Shown here: in pieces, positions 19,277-30,593 of the stretch | Layout: each line of letters starts with the position of its first letter | Numbering within the stretch: position 1 is the stretch's first letter | NCBI GenBank assembly: GCA_963762115.1 | Contig: CAVXJH010000003.1 | Span: 522,418-586,417 of the forward strand | Direction: 5' to 3' | DNA from: Candidatus Babeliales bacterium | GTDB taxonomy: Bacteria > Babelota > Babeliae > Babelales > JANWKD01 | DNA: 64,000 bases | Notes under the pieces: model-generated | Seen by the model: the letters and a program-made list of their open reading frames with translations, nothing else | Database searches by the model: none | What the model was told of the DNA's origin: nothing | Position numbers and translations under genes: made by a program

Positions 19277-22237
19277 TTATTTTTTTCTATGCTGCAAACT
19301 ATCAAGAACTATATTTATTTCATTATTTAATTTTTCATGATTACTCTGTACTTGTTGTGCTGAAATAGATTGCGATATTTGTTCAGAAACAGGTGGTAAT
19401 CCTGATAAAGAATTTTGTATCCCTAAACTGCTTACACTTCTAGTATGCTCAGAAAACAGCCCTACAAAAAGAGGTTCTATTTCTATTATCTTATTCTGAC
19501 TATTGGTTATACTTTCTTTTTTTTGAGCAAAAGTACTTTTATCTTTTTGCTCGTCAATCACAGGTAATACAGGTGCAGTATTTGATTTCAAGTTAGAATA
19601 ATTTTGACTGTCATTATCACTTATCTTAGTATTAAACATATCCTTAAAATTCCAAGGTTTTTGATCGGTAAACAAAATATGTCGATTATTTAATTCTTTA
19701 ACAAAATATTTTTTTCCATTAACTTCTATGGGCTTTTTCTTTGCATTATTAAGATATTCTAATATTGTCATTTTATTACCAATCTTATAAGGAACATTTA
19801 AATCTGCTCCTTGTTCAATCAGGAGTTTTACAATGTCAGGATCAAAATCAATAAATGCATATTGCAATGGGGACATCTTACCATCACTTACATTAACGTC
19901 AGCCCAATACTTTAATAAAAGTACTATTGCAGGTATGGATTTAGCCTTAATTGCATTTATTAATGCTGTACCTCCTTTATTACATGCATTTTGATTTATT
20001 CCCAAATCAAGAAAAATTTTAAGGAGTTGCAAATCTTCAGTACGAGCAGCGATCATAAATGTTGCAGCACAACTAACATCATTAATATCAGCACCATTAA
20101 CAATTAAAAATTTTGCCGCCAAATCATTATACTTTTCAATTGCATATACTAAAGGTGTTTTATTGTAACGATCGCAAGCATTAATCAATGCTCCTTTACT
20201 AATCAAATAATCGATTATTTCAAGGCAACCAAAATTTGCCGCATACATTAACGGCGTTATTTTATCATTATTAGTTGCATTTGGATTAGCACCATAATCA
20301 AGCAATAATTTAACAAACTCAAAATTCTTAAAGGTAATTGCATGCATTAGCAATGTTGAACTATCTTTATAACGTGTATCAATACTATTAGTTTTGGTTA
20401 ATAAAAATTTAATAGCTCTTTCCAAATCAATATTCTCTTTGCACAGAACATCATGTGCTGTTTTAAAGTTCCCATTTATTAATGCAATAACAAATTTTTT
20501 AAGATGAATATTATTTTCATTTGGTTGTTGATTTTCAACAGGAGCAGAAGCTTGTTCTTCTAAAATAGGTTGCACATCCACTGCAAGAGCACCATCAAGC
20601 ACTTCAAGCTGTTGATTTGATTGGTCTCCGGCTGTGAAAACATCGTCATCTTTTTTTTCTAATTCTTCTTCATCAGAAATTTTTAACTCTGCGTCTTCAT
20701 GATAACTATCTTCATCTGAAAATTCTAAGGTAGGCATTTCTTCCTGAGCTAGTTGCTCAATTTCCTTTAATTTTGCTCGCAAGAAATTTTCAACCTCACG
20801 ATCCAAGAAATTTTCAACCTCATTATCTATGGTTTTTTTTTTATTTGCATGTAAGGGACTTGTTATTACCGTTTCATCTTCAATTATAGCTCCCTGACTT
20901 ACCAAATATTCAACTATCATAAGCGCACCTTTTTTGGCAGCAGAAAAGAGTAACCCATAATTTCTATAATCTTTGACGTTAACATCTGCACCAAGCTCCA
21001 CCAATTTTTTAACTATATTCAAAATATTAACATTTTCAGGGGCATTTTTATCTAATATTGAAACATAATTTTCTATAACATAAAATAATGCACTTTTTCC
21101 CCATTTATCTTGAAAATTAACATCCAATTCTTCATCATTAAGAAGCAAATCAACAATTTCTTTCGTGCTATAACAAAGGGCAGTTATTAAGGGCACCGTG
21201 CCTTCTTTAGTCGTAGCATTAATATTCGCACCTTTTTCTAACAAAAGTTTTACAATCTCAAAATGCTTGCTTGATATAGCGATCATGAGTGGCGTAACAC
21301 GTCCTAAAATCCATAAATCAATAGCTATATTTTTATGATTAATTAATGCTTTTACAATCTCAATATGACCATAACCAACTGCCTTTGCTAAAATGGTGTA
21401 ACCAGCAACATCTCGCGCATTAACATCAACTTTTGGATCATTAATTAATGCAACGAAGGTTTCAAGGTCATTATTAAAAACTGCCATCATTAAAGATGAC
21501 CATTCCTTACCAATTTGAGCTCGTTTTTTCCCTGCTGCTTTTTCTTGTAATTCTTTTTTTACTATTTCATCTAATATTCTTTTTTGTGTTTCAATCATCA
21601 CTTTTTTTGGATGACTTACCGCTCTTTTAGTGTATCGCATTGGATGTTTGGCAGCTTTAAAACCTTCTTTTATACCCAGTTTTGCCATATTCATACCAGA
21701 TCTTGCAGCCCGCGCCAATTTATTTTTTGTGGTTACTTTTTCTACTTTTTCTGGCTCTTTTTCTTTTTTTTCTTCTGATGGTGTTAAAGATAGATTATAT
21801 TCATCTGCTATTAGATGCTTTACAATTAGAATATAAGAAAACCCATAAGCAAGAGTAAGAGCAGTATCGCCATTCATATCTTGTATATCACCACGAGCGC
21901 CTTTATCTATTAAACGATGTGCAAAATCCTTATTTCCTTTTAGAATTGCCCATGATAATGGTGTTAAACCCTGTTTATCTTGAACATTAACATTGACTTG
22001 TAATCCGATAAGCTTAAAGAAAAGAGTAAAGTCATTGTGCTGAGCAGCAAAAATCAATGGTATTATGCCAAGGACATCAGGTTTATTAAGGTTTTCACCT
22101 TGGCTTATACGAGTTTGAATGCTTCCTCTTATGGTATCAATGTTATCGATGTCATCGATGTTCATTTCCATACCAAAAATTGGCGAAAAATTAGCGATGG
22201 TGAGAAAAATGGTTAATAAAATAATATGTTTCTTCAT
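19277..22237 (-). CDS. Large signal-peptide ankyrin-repeat protein
   Basis: Three blocks of ankyrin repeats separated by basic and acidic linkers; AAGGA RBS. Confidence 0.92.
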   Translation of the reverse strand: MKKHIILLTIFLTIANFSPIFGMEMNIDDIDNIDTIRGSIQTRISQGENLNKPDVLGIIPLIFAAQHNDFTLFFKLIGLQVNVNVQDKQGLTPLSWAILKGNKDFAHRLIDKGARGDIQDMNGDTALTLAYGFSYILIVKHLIADEYNLSLTPSEEKKEKEPEKVEKVTTKNKLARAARSGMNMAKLGIKEGFKAAKHPMRYTKRAVSHPKKVMIETQKRILDEIVKKELQEKAAGKKRAQIGKEWSSLMMAVFNNDLETFVALINDPKVDVNARDVAGYTILAKAVGYGHIEIVKALINHKNIAIDLWILGRVTPLMIAISSKHFEIVKLLLEKGANINATTKEGTVPLITALCYSTKEIVDLLLNDEELDVNFQDKWGKSALFYVIENYVSILDKNAPENVNILNIVKKLVELGADVNVKDYRNYGLLFSAAKKGALMIVEYLVSQGAIIEDETVITSPLHANKKKTIDNEVENFLDREVENFLRAKLKEIEQLAQEEMPTLEFSDEDSYHEDAELKISDEEELEKKDDDVFTAGDQSNQQLEVLDGALAVDVQPILEEQASAPVENQQPNENNIHLKKFVIALINGNFKTAHDVLCKENIDLERAIKFLLTKTNSIDTRYKDSSTLLMHAITFKNFEFVKLLLDYGANPNATNNDKITPLMYAANFGCLEIIDYLISKGALINACDRYNKTPLVYAIEKYNDLAAKFLIVNGADINDVSCAATFMIAARTEDLQLLKIFLDLGINQNACNKGGTALINAIKAKSIPAIVLLLKYWADVNVSDGKMSPLQYAFIDFDPDIVKLLIEQGADLNVPYKIGNKMTILEYLNNAKKKPIEVNGKKYFVKELNNRHILFTDQKPWNFKDMFNTKISDNDSQNYSNLKSNTAPVLPVIDEQKDKSTFAQKKESITNSQNKIIEIEPLFVGLFSEHTRSVSSLGIQNSLSGLPPVSEQISQSISAQQVQSNHEKLNNEINIVLDSLQHRKK

Positions 22238-22360
22238 TGGTTATCCTTTATTTTGAACCTAAAAAACAGTAAAACATCAATTTGAGTATAATTTAATATT
22301 AGCATAATATAAATATACGTCAACAATCATGCATTCTATTTGAAAATAAAAACAATCATA

Positions 22361-22393
22361 AAAGAAGCCCCCGATAATTTTGGGGGCTTCTTT
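22361..22393 (-). terminator. Intrinsic terminator
   Basis: aaagaagccccc / gggggcttcttt. Confidence 0.7.
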
Positions 22394-22406
22394 ATTTTAA
22401 AAACAA

Positions 22407-22658
22407 TTATTGTCGATGGGGAAATATTTCTCGTTCTTCATCTTTGGCATAAACAACAGGACCAACCTCATCAAAAGGATTACGTGAATGAGGGAATGAA
22501 TACGATTCCAAGAACCCATATTCATGCACATAGGCGATAACAGTAGCTTTAACAGAAGGTTGTTCTTCTATCCCTTCTTCCTTGGTCTGTTGCATACCAA
22601 AGCTCATAGTAATGAATGAAATGCTCAAGGCAAGCATGGTTATGTTTGTATGATTCAT
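22407..22658 (-). CDS. Small secreted hypothetical protein
   Basis: Signal peptide followed by GMQQ; terminator downstream. Confidence 0.55.
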   Translation of the reverse strand: MNHTNITMLALSISFITMSFGMQQTKEEGIEEQPSVKATVIAYVHEYGFLESYSFPHSRNPFDEVGPVVYAKDEEREIFPHRQ

Positions 22659-22756
22659 AAGATGTCCAATCGTAAAAAAAGTTACTAAAAAAATATTTAA
22701 AACAAAAATCTCTGCTTAATAAGTATTTAAAAAAATAACGTTTCCGAGAATAATCG

Positions 22757-25309
22757 TCAAAATCTTTTTGCACCATTCATAGTATTAGAACGCCCATTCA
22801 ATAACCAATAATAAAATAACTTAACTAATTCAGTACCAATGAAACAAATCAAAACAATCAACGCAATTTTAACATACATATCAAACGTTGGTGGTACAAA
22901 GTGAAAGAGTTCTTGGCCAATTGTTGTCAATGGTATACCCAACGTTACAAATGCCGCAAGCACCGATAGGCCAACTAAAATAAAAGATGGTCGCTTTGCT
23001 TTAAAAAAAACTAATCTCGTTCGTATTGAATATATCGAAGCAAGTGCGGTTAAAATATTTTCGATAAACCAATTTGTTTGTAATACTTCAGGAGAAATGC
23101 GATAAAATAATGAAACAACAATCACATCACAACAAGAATTAACAACAGCAAGCATAGTCGAAATAAGCAACAAATCCTTGAATGCATAGGTTTTTGGTTT
23201 GCGTAATTCTTGCATATCAACGGTATCCGTTGATATGGCAATCAAAGGAAAATCTGAAAGAAGATTCACCAAAAGAATTTGTAAGGGCAACATGGGCAAA
23301 AAATCAAGAAATAAAGAAGCAAGAGCAACAGAATAAAAATTACCAAAAATTGAAGAAAAACTTGTTTTTAAATATTTAATAGTATTGGCAAAAACAATAC
23401 GTCCTTCATAAATACCATCAATGATGACATTCAAACTTTTTTTGAGCAAAATAATATCAGCAGCATCACGCGCAATATCAGCGGCCCCTTGCACCACCAA
23501 GGCAACATGCGCAACCTTTAGCGCCGGAGCATCATTAATGCCGTCACCCATATACCCAACTTGATTTTTTTCTTGTAGCAACTGCACAATTTCATATTTT
23601 TGTTGCGGCTCAACACGAGCAAAAATAGTATAATCGTAAACAGCTTTTCTTTTTTCTTCCGTATCCAATCGCGCAAACTGCGCACCGGTAATTACTTCTT
23701 TTCCCGATTTGATAAGCCCTATTTCTATGCCAACAGCTTGAGCAACATCAGACGAATCACCGGTCAAAATTTTTAGAACAACGCCCAATTGTTTTGCTTT
23801 GATAACTGCTTGATGCACATCCTTTTTTATCGGATCAGCGAGCGCAAGCAACCCAACACATTCGCACTTATTTTCATCTTTTGCTTCTTGAGGCATCTGA
23901 TCATCATGTACAATAGTTTTTCTAGCAATAACAAGAACACGTCTCCCCTGTAATTCTTGTTGTTTGGTCCATGAACTCATGTCCTTTTTTTGATCTTCAC
24001 TCAAATTACAACGATCCAACATCGTTTCAATAACACCGCGAGCAACAACTTCATAGACGCCATTACGTTCCACAACAACCGTATTGCGCAAACGAAGAGG
24101 ATCAAAAGGAACTTCATACATCAATGAGTAAGAAGCAAGATCAGCCTGTTGTTCCGGTTTTAACGCAACCCAACATGCCTCATCAATAGGATTAAATCGA
24201 TGCTTTAAATGATCTTTGGTCAGCAAAGAGGCTGCAATGTTAGCATATTTTAAAACAGCTGGTGTATCAGCACCATACATATCTGCAACAGCGAGAATGT
24301 TTTCCGTTAACGTGCCCGTTTTATCAGAACAAAGAATATCAATACTTCCCAGATCTTCAATTGCTGTAAGTCGTTTCACCACTACTTTGTTACGTGCCAG
24401 TTTTAAAGCGCCGCGCGATAAACAAAACGTAATAACAATAGGTAACGCTTCTGGTGTTATCGTTACCGCCAATGCTATGGCAAAAATAAGCAATTGACTA
24501 AAAGAAACATATAACCCTTTGAAAAGCAAATTAAGCACCAGCACTAACACAAGCGTGCTTATGACAAGCAAGATAACAAAGCGACTAAATGATGCCATTT
24601 CTTTTGCAAAAATAGTCTCCCGTTCAGCTTGCTGCGTTAATTGTGCAATTGATCCCATTACGGTTTTTTGTGCCGTTGCAAACACAACACCAATACCTTT
24701 TCCACCGACAACGGTGGTCCCCATTACGCCAATGTTTGTGGCTTGAAATAACTGTTCAGGTTCAACTTTTAAAGGTTCACTTATTTTTTGTATGGGCACC
24801 GATTCACCCGTGATTGTTGATTCATCAATAATCAAACCCTTTTGATCAATAAAACGAACATCAGCTGCAATAACATCGCCAGGTTCAATAATAATAACAT
24901 CACCGGGCACTAACGAGGTACTTGGCACTACAGCATCTTTACCATCACGACGGACCTTGACCATCGAAAGAATATATTTTTTGAGCAATAAAATTGTCTG
25001 CTCTGCTTTATATTCTTGATAAAAACCAAGAAGAGTATTGACCATAACAAAAAAAAGAATCATACCTCCTTCAATATATTCGCCAAATACAACTGCTAGA
25101 ATTGCCGCACCAAAAAGTAAATAAATAAATGGTGAATGAAGTTGTCGTAAGAATATAAACATTCCATGCACCGTTTCCTCGTGCAATTGATTGAATCCAT
25201 ATTCTTTTTGACGATTTTTCACTTCAGATTCAGATAACCCTTCTTTTTTGGTTTTTAAATCAGCAAGAATCTGTTCAATTGATAACGTCGTATAGGAAAG
25301 GTTATCCAT
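22757..25309 (-). CDS. P-type cation ATPase, probably Mg2+-importing (MgtA/MgtB-like)
   Basis: TGES, TPEALP, DKTGTLT, TGD, GDGINDAP motifs. Confidence 0.88.
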   Translation of the reverse strand: MDNLSYTTLSIEQILADLKTKKEGLSESEVKNRQKEYGFNQLHEETVHGMFIFLRQLHSPFIYLLFGAAILAVVFGEYIEGGMILFFVMVNTLLGFYQEYKAEQTILLLKKYILSMVKVRRDGKDAVVPSTSLVPGDVIIIEPGDVIAADVRFIDQKGLIIDESTITGESVPIQKISEPLKVEPEQLFQATNIGVMGTTVVGGKGIGVVFATAQKTVMGSIAQLTQQAERETIFAKEMASFSRFVILLVISTLVLVLVLNLLFKGLYVSFSQLLIFAIALAVTITPEALPIVITFCLSRGALKLARNKVVVKRLTAIEDLGSIDILCSDKTGTLTENILAVADMYGADTPAVLKYANIAASLLTKDHLKHRFNPIDEACWVALKPEQQADLASYSLMYEVPFDPLRLRNTVVVERNGVYEVVARGVIETMLDRCNLSEDQKKDMSSWTKQQELQGRRVLVIARKTIVHDDQMPQEAKDENKCECVGLLALADPIKKDVHQAVIKAKQLGVVLKILTGDSSDVAQAVGIEIGLIKSGKEVITGAQFARLDTEEKRKAVYDYTIFARVEPQQKYEIVQLLQEKNQVGYMGDGINDAPALKVAHVALVVQGAADIARDAADIILLKKSLNVIIDGIYEGRIVFANTIKYLKTSFSSIFGNFYSVALASLFLDFLPMLPLQILLVNLLSDFPLIAISTDTVDMQELRKPKTYAFKDLLLISTMLAVVNSCCDVIVVSLFYRISPEVLQTNWFIENILTALASIYSIRTRLVFFKAKRPSFILVGLSVLAAFVTLGIPLTTIGQELFHFVPPTFDMYVKIALIVLICFIGTELVKLFYYWLLNGRSNTMNGAKRF

Positions 25310-25414
25310 AAATCTCCCTTTTATTTTTTTTATAAAATTATTAAAACACTCAACTTTTCTTAAAAGAATACCTAAACTAATAACTATCTTTCAACGCATT
25401 ATGAGTTAACGATT

Positions 25415-25852
25415 ATGACAAGACATGTTAGAGAATTTTTACCTACGATTCTTCCAACACAAAAAACGTGGCAATTATATATTATCCAAAATTGGGAAAC
25501 GATTGTTGGTGATCTGAAACAATATGTGCGTCTTGAAAAAATTCAAGATGACAACACACTTTTGTTAGGCGTTACTCACACAGCATGGATGCAAGAATTA
25601 TATTATTTATCAGATGTTATCATCCAAAAAATTAATACAAAATTAGAACATCCCCATGTAAAACATCTTCGTTTTAAATATACACCACGCAAAAAAAAAA
25701 TAGTTGAGCACAGCTTACCCATAAAAAATAAACCAATCTGCAAAACAATTACCTTAACACCACGCCAAAAAAAAGCTCTCGAATATATCGATGATCAACA
25801 ATTGCAAGAAGCTTTAACCAATTTTCTTATCCGTTGTACTAAAGAATACTAA
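25415..25852 (+). CDS. DUF721 / DciA-like protein
   Basis: WETIVG...AWMQEL...IIQKIN pattern. Confidence 0.7.
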   Translation: MTRHVREFLPTILPTQKTWQLYIIQNWETIVGDLKQYVRLEKIQDDNTLLLGVTHTAWMQELYYLSDVIIQKINTKLEHPHVKHLRFKYTPRKKKIVEHSLPIKNKPICKTITLTPRQKKALEYIDDQQLQEALTNFLIRCTKEY

Positions 25853-25863
25853 GGGAGATTATA

Positions 25864-27510
25864 ATGAAGCGTATTGTCCAAAATGTAGTACTAATACTAC
25901 CGCTCATTCTTTCAATGGTGACCAGTTACTCAAGGCCATCTTCACAAAATTATCAAACATATCTTTGGGCACATTTTAACCATTTAAATAAACATGATGA
26001 TGTTGCAGAAAAAAGCTATCAACTTCTTTTGCGTGAAAAGCCACACAGCATCGTGTATGAAGGATACGCTCATCATCTTTTTCAAACAGAGCATTATGCA
26101 CAATTAGTACAACTCATACCAGAACTTGAAAAAAGTGTACCCAACAATCTTGATACACAACTCTTATGCGCACAAGCATTAGACCTTGTTGGCAAACGAG
26201 ATGAGGCCACAAAAAAATTAGTCACCTTAAGCAATCAATTTCCCACAAATCCTGAAGTTGTTTATTATGCTGCAGCAGCACAAGCGCAAAGCAACCAGAA
26301 TGATGCGGCCCTAAAAATCATTGATGCATATCTTGCTAATACGCCAGAACACATGAAGCAATTCATTTTTTATTTTTTAAAAGCACAAATTTATTCTGCT
26401 ATCGGCAACAAAGAAGCCGCTTTAGAAAATGTAAAAAAGTCACTTGAACTTAATACACAATTTGATCAAGGATGGCTCCTATTAGGACTTATCCATGAAT
26501 TATCAGGAGAACTTGATCATGCTCTTAAGGGATATCATCAATGCCTGAATATCATGGGCAGCAATGAACTTCTTGAAAGACAAATCATACAATTACAACT
26601 GCGCAAACAGCAACAGCAGTTCACGAACACGTCACAAGCACAGTATACAAAAGCCCTTGAACTATTTAATAAAAATAACTACCAAGAAGCACTCGTTTTT
26701 GTTGATGCAACACTCAAAAAAGGCACCCATACCCCAAGTCGAATATTGAAAATAGAAATTTTTTGTCGCACCGGCCATGTTTCCCAAGCAATTGCACTTT
26801 TACAAGAATGGGCGCTCATTGATGACCGTAATGAAACTTGGTATCGCGCTCTTCATATTTTACAACAGGCAGGAGCTCCAACCAACGCTATTTTACACAC
26901 CTATAACGTTCTTGAAAAAAAGAATGCTAAAAACTGGCTACCTTGCGCTTATCAAGCAGATCTTTATCTCAAAACACAACAAATACAACAAGCACAAAAT
27001 TACTTAAGAAAAACATTAGAGCTTTGTACCGATCCAAAAATTCGTACACGAACATCATTTCAATTAGCACTCATCGCTTATCAAGCACAACAATGGCAAG
27101 CATTGGAAAAAATCCTTAAAAGTGCCTATGAACTTAATCATGATTTCCCTCCATTACTCAATTTATTTGCTTATTATCATGCAACACAAACCAAACAATT
27201 TGATATGGCACAAAAACTCATCGAAAAAGCATTAGCAAAAGATCCTCGCAATCCTCATTTCTTAGATACACAAGCAATTATTTGGCATAAAAAGAAAGAA
27301 TTCAAAAAGGCTTATGATACTCTTGTTGTTGTCGCACAACAGGTTCCTCACGATAGTTTGATACACTATCATTTAGCAAAAGCTGCACATCACCTAGGTG
27401 AAAATTCACTTGCACAATCAAGTGTAGAAAAAGCAATTGCACTCAGCTCAAACCAAAAAGATAAAGAACGCTATAAAAACTATTTACATGCATGGAATTC
27501 TCGAAAATAA
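25864..27510 (+). CDS. Secreted TPR protein
   Basis: TPR motifs (ALAKDPRNPHFLDT, IHYHLAKA); signal peptide. Confidence 0.85.
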   Translation: MKRIVQNVVLILPLILSMVTSYSRPSSQNYQTYLWAHFNHLNKHDDVAEKSYQLLLREKPHSIVYEGYAHHLFQTEHYAQLVQLIPELEKSVPNNLDTQLLCAQALDLVGKRDEATKKLVTLSNQFPTNPEVVYYAAAAQAQSNQNDAALKIIDAYLANTPEHMKQFIFYFLKAQIYSAIGNKEAALENVKKSLELNTQFDQGWLLLGLIHELSGELDHALKGYHQCLNIMGSNELLERQIIQLQLRKQQQQFTNTSQAQYTKALELFNKNNYQEALVFVDATLKKGTHTPSRILKIEIFCRTGHVSQAIALLQEWALIDDRNETWYRALHILQQAGAPTNAILHTYNVLEKKNAKNWLPCAYQADLYLKTQQIQQAQNYLRKTLELCTDPKIRTRTSFQLALIAYQAQQWQALEKILKSAYELNHDFPPLLNLFAYYHATQTKQFDMAQKLIEKALAKDPRNPHFLDTQAIIWHKKKEFKKAYDTLVVVAQQVPHDSLIHYHLAKAAHHLGENSLAQSSVEKAIALSSNQKDKERYKNYLHAWNSRK

Positions 27511-27514
27511 TGAT

Positions 27515-28549
27515 ATGAAAAAATCGTATATTTGCTTTGTTGCAGGAAAATCAGGCGGACATCTCTTGCCCTGTATTGCCAAAGCACAACAAATTATAGC
27601 CCAACAACCTGAAACAGAAATTTTATTTTTCACCACAAAAAATATTCTTGATAAAAAAATTATAGAACAATATCCATGTATCAAACACATCGTTTTTTTG
27701 CCCATTCGCCCTTTTGCACAAAAACATTTTTGGCGTTATCCATCATTTTTTTGGCATCTTATATACTCTTTTTTTATGAGTTTATTTTTTTTATATCGCT
27801 ATAAACCAACAATCATTATAAGCATGGGCGGCCTCATCTCAATTCCTGTTTGTTTGGCAGGAAAAGCACTTTCATTACCTATCACCTTATACGAACTCAA
27901 TGTTATTCCCGGCAAAGCAATTCAAGCACTTGCGCCTTTGGCTGATTCTCTTTTTATTTGTTTTCAAAAAACACAGGACTATTTTAAAAAAAAATGTACC
28001 ATTGCCGAATATCCACTCCGTTTTACTCAACACCATAAAGCAATAACTAAAGAAGAAGCCCGTGAAAAATTAGGTTTAAAAAAAAATATACCCACCATAG
28101 TTATTTTTGGTGGATCACAAGGATCATTATTTTTAAACAATATTATTAAATCATGGGTGGCAACTATTCATAGTCATGAAGCGGTTCAAATTATTCATCA
28201 AATTGGTAATCATGATATACAAGAGTGGCACAATTTTTACAACACCTTAGAGGTCACCGCTATTGTATTCTCATTTCAGCATGAAATTGAACAATATTAT
28301 GCCGCCGCTGATATCATAGTGTGCAGAGCAGGAGCTGGAACCTTGTTTGAAATTCTTTTTTTTCAAAAACCAACTATTGTTGTTCCCCTTGAAACCAACA
28401 CCAACAACCATCAACTTACCAACGCATTAGTTTGCGCGGAAGAAAATCCAAATCTTATCACGGTCATTCGACAACGCGACATACAACACAATGCCAATGT
28501 ATTTTCATCACTGATGAATCAGAAACTTACTTTGCTGGCCAATCCTTAG
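27515..28549 (+). CDS. murG: Lipid II GlcNAc transferase MurG
   Basis: GKSGGH, ELN.IPG, GGSQG, RAGAGT, HQ..NA motifs. Confidence 0.92.
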   Translation: MKKSYICFVAGKSGGHLLPCIAKAQQIIAQQPETEILFFTTKNILDKKIIEQYPCIKHIVFLPIRPFAQKHFWRYPSFFWHLIYSFFMSLFFLYRYKPTIIISMGGLISIPVCLAGKALSLPITLYELNVIPGKAIQALAPLADSLFICFQKTQDYFKKKCTIAEYPLRFTQHHKAITKEEAREKLGLKKNIPTIVIFGGSQGSLFLNNIIKSWVATIHSHEAVQIIHQIGNHDIQEWHNFYNTLEVTAIVFSFQHEIEQYYAAADIIVCRAGAGTLFEILFFQKPTIVVPLETNTNNHQLTNALVCAEENPNLITVIRQRDIQHNANVFSSLMNQKLTLLANP

Positions 28550-30413
28550 GCTTATCGCCTGCCAATAAAATAAATTCATTGCTGCCCGCTTGATAAATAA
28601 GTGGATAATTTTCAAAGCTCACTGGACCAGATAAAAGCATATCCAATCCATGTTTCCCCAACGCATTTAACGTTTTGCTTCCACCCTTTGTCTCAAAAAA
28701 ACCATCAGCGCCATACTGTTGTATGAACTGAGTAATCTCTTGTGTTATTCCTGACTTATTAGTTTGATAGGCAACAATCCAAGCAATTATTTTTTTATCC
28801 AAATCATCAGAAAATTTTTGCAATTTTTCTTTATCACTACTAATTTTTTTTGCATCCAAGAATGTAGCAAATAATCCACTTAATTGATCAATGCGTAACA
28901 ATGCTGGAGGAATTTGATAATAATAAGGCCCATACCCAAGTCCTCGTGGGCTAAAACGATCAACTAATAACACAAGACCTTTTACGCCAGAATTTCCATT
29001 ACCCTTGGTATCATCAATAATTCCTTTGAGATTAGGTTTTACGGCAGAAAGAACCGTGGCAGCATCAAACGTCGACACCTTCACAACCGGCTCAAGAGCA
29101 TCTTGTCCTATCACCCCATCTGTAAGTCTTTTTAGAAATGCTTTTGCCTTTACATCATCTTGAGTCGCGACAAAAACAACCAAAAGAGAAGATTTTTTTT
29201 CAGAAATTTGTGGCCGCAACAATGAAAAGTCAACAACATCCCCCGCTTTAATTTTTTTCTGAAATAATGAGTCTTTGGTTGTATATGAAATCCACACTTG
29301 TCCATTCGGCTCAAAAGGCATATCAGTATCTTTTGGATCCATCTTTTTTTTATAATCATCAGGAGATTGATACCACACATGACATTCCAGGGGATTTATA
29401 TCACGCACAACATTTTTTTTTGCATCTGCACCAAGTGTTTGCGGATAATGTCCAAGCGCTAATCCTTGCATGCCAACATCAAAATTTTGACCATTTTGAA
29501 AAACCTCATAGGTATATAACATAGGCTCACTGGGGATAAATTCTTTTGGTTTTACCGGATTAGGTTGCATGCCGCAAATTGCTTCCGGCATAAGTGGCAA
29601 TGAAGCAAACACCGTTGACCCATCTTTCAAGAACGTTAAAAAACGTTTTTCAGTGCCCTCTTTTGCTGGACGTATTGAATCTTTCACAAGACTATCTGAA
29701 CTGAGCAAACTAAAAGAACCTGGTTCTAACGTTGCTTGATATGTTTGGCCATTTTTCATAAATTTCAAGATAGCTGATTGCGCTGCAGAATTAGTAAACA
29801 CGCCATTAAATTCATTTGTTGTAGTTTTAATGCCCAAATATTCAGCCTTTGGCACTGTTTTATCGGTGTATACGCGGTAATAATACACATTATTAGTCAT
29901 ATCAGGATACGCAATATTTTTTCGAAATATCGTATTCCAATTTGTTGGATTGGCAGGTTTTTTGGTGGCACTATATGATTCATATAAACCAGGATTATTC
30001 ACATCAATTTGAAGAGCAACTTTAAAATAAAGATCCATGTGCCAAAAAAGACCATTTTGCACACCACCAACATATTGGTATGGCTGCACAACTTCTGCAC
30101 GAATAGTATCACCATCAAAATCAATACCCATCACTTTTTTGACATCTTCTATAACAGCATTTATAGGCCCTGGCGAATCATTCCAAACCATCACCGAATA
30201 ACTACAACCACCCGCCATGATACATTTACCTGAAAATGTTGCAGCAATACCAGTACCGAAATTCTCACCATAATCTTTTACTGAATTCCACGCACCATTG
30301 AATGCGCCTGTCAATTGATCAACACCATCATCAGCGTTAGTAATTATTATTTGCATGCAAATAATAATTACTAAACCAAGCTTAATAAGTATATTACTTC
30401 TACTACCAATCAT
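28527..30413 (-). CDS. Large secreted hypothetical protein
   Basis: 628 aa ORF, signal peptide, AAGGAG RBS. Confidence 0.7.
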   Translation of the reverse strand: MIGSRSNILIKLGLVIIICMQIIITNADDGVDQLTGAFNGAWNSVKDYGENFGTGIAATFSGKCIMAGGCSYSVMVWNDSPGPINAVIEDVKKVMGIDFDGDTIRAEVVQPYQYVGGVQNGLFWHMDLYFKVALQIDVNNPGLYESYSATKKPANPTNWNTIFRKNIAYPDMTNNVYYYRVYTDKTVPKAEYLGIKTTTNEFNGVFTNSAAQSAILKFMKNGQTYQATLEPGSFSLLSSDSLVKDSIRPAKEGTEKRFLTFLKDGSTVFASLPLMPEAICGMQPNPVKPKEFIPSEPMLYTYEVFQNGQNFDVGMQGLALGHYPQTLGADAKKNVVRDINPLECHVWYQSPDDYKKKMDPKDTDMPFEPNGQVWISYTTKDSLFQKKIKAGDVVDFSLLRPQISEKKSSLLVVFVATQDDVKAKAFLKRLTDGVIGQDALEPVVKVSTFDAATVLSAVKPNLKGIIDDTKGNGNSGVKGLVLLVDRFSPRGLGYGPYYYQIPPALLRIDQLSGLFATFLDAKKISSDKEKLQKFSDDLDKKIIAWIVAYQTNKSGITQEITQFIQQYGADGFFETKGGSKTLNALGKHGLDMLLSGPVSFENYPLIYQAGSNEFILLAGDKPKDWPAK

Positions 30414-30593
30414 ATCAAACTCCTTGTATTCTTTTTTTATTTTCTAAAAAAAGCATACAGAAATCGTTTATGTTCATGCAATTACTTTGAAAAGATTCCA
30501 TAAAGTTTTGTACATGAATAAAACTATTGCCAATTTTTAAACCAATTTATTAAATTAAATAAAATTAAAAAATTATAAAAAAGGAACTTAAAA

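Noticed and set aside
20782..20823. Short tandem duplication in the ankyrin gene (EVENFL twice)
   Set aside because: Ordinary in-frame slippage duplication.
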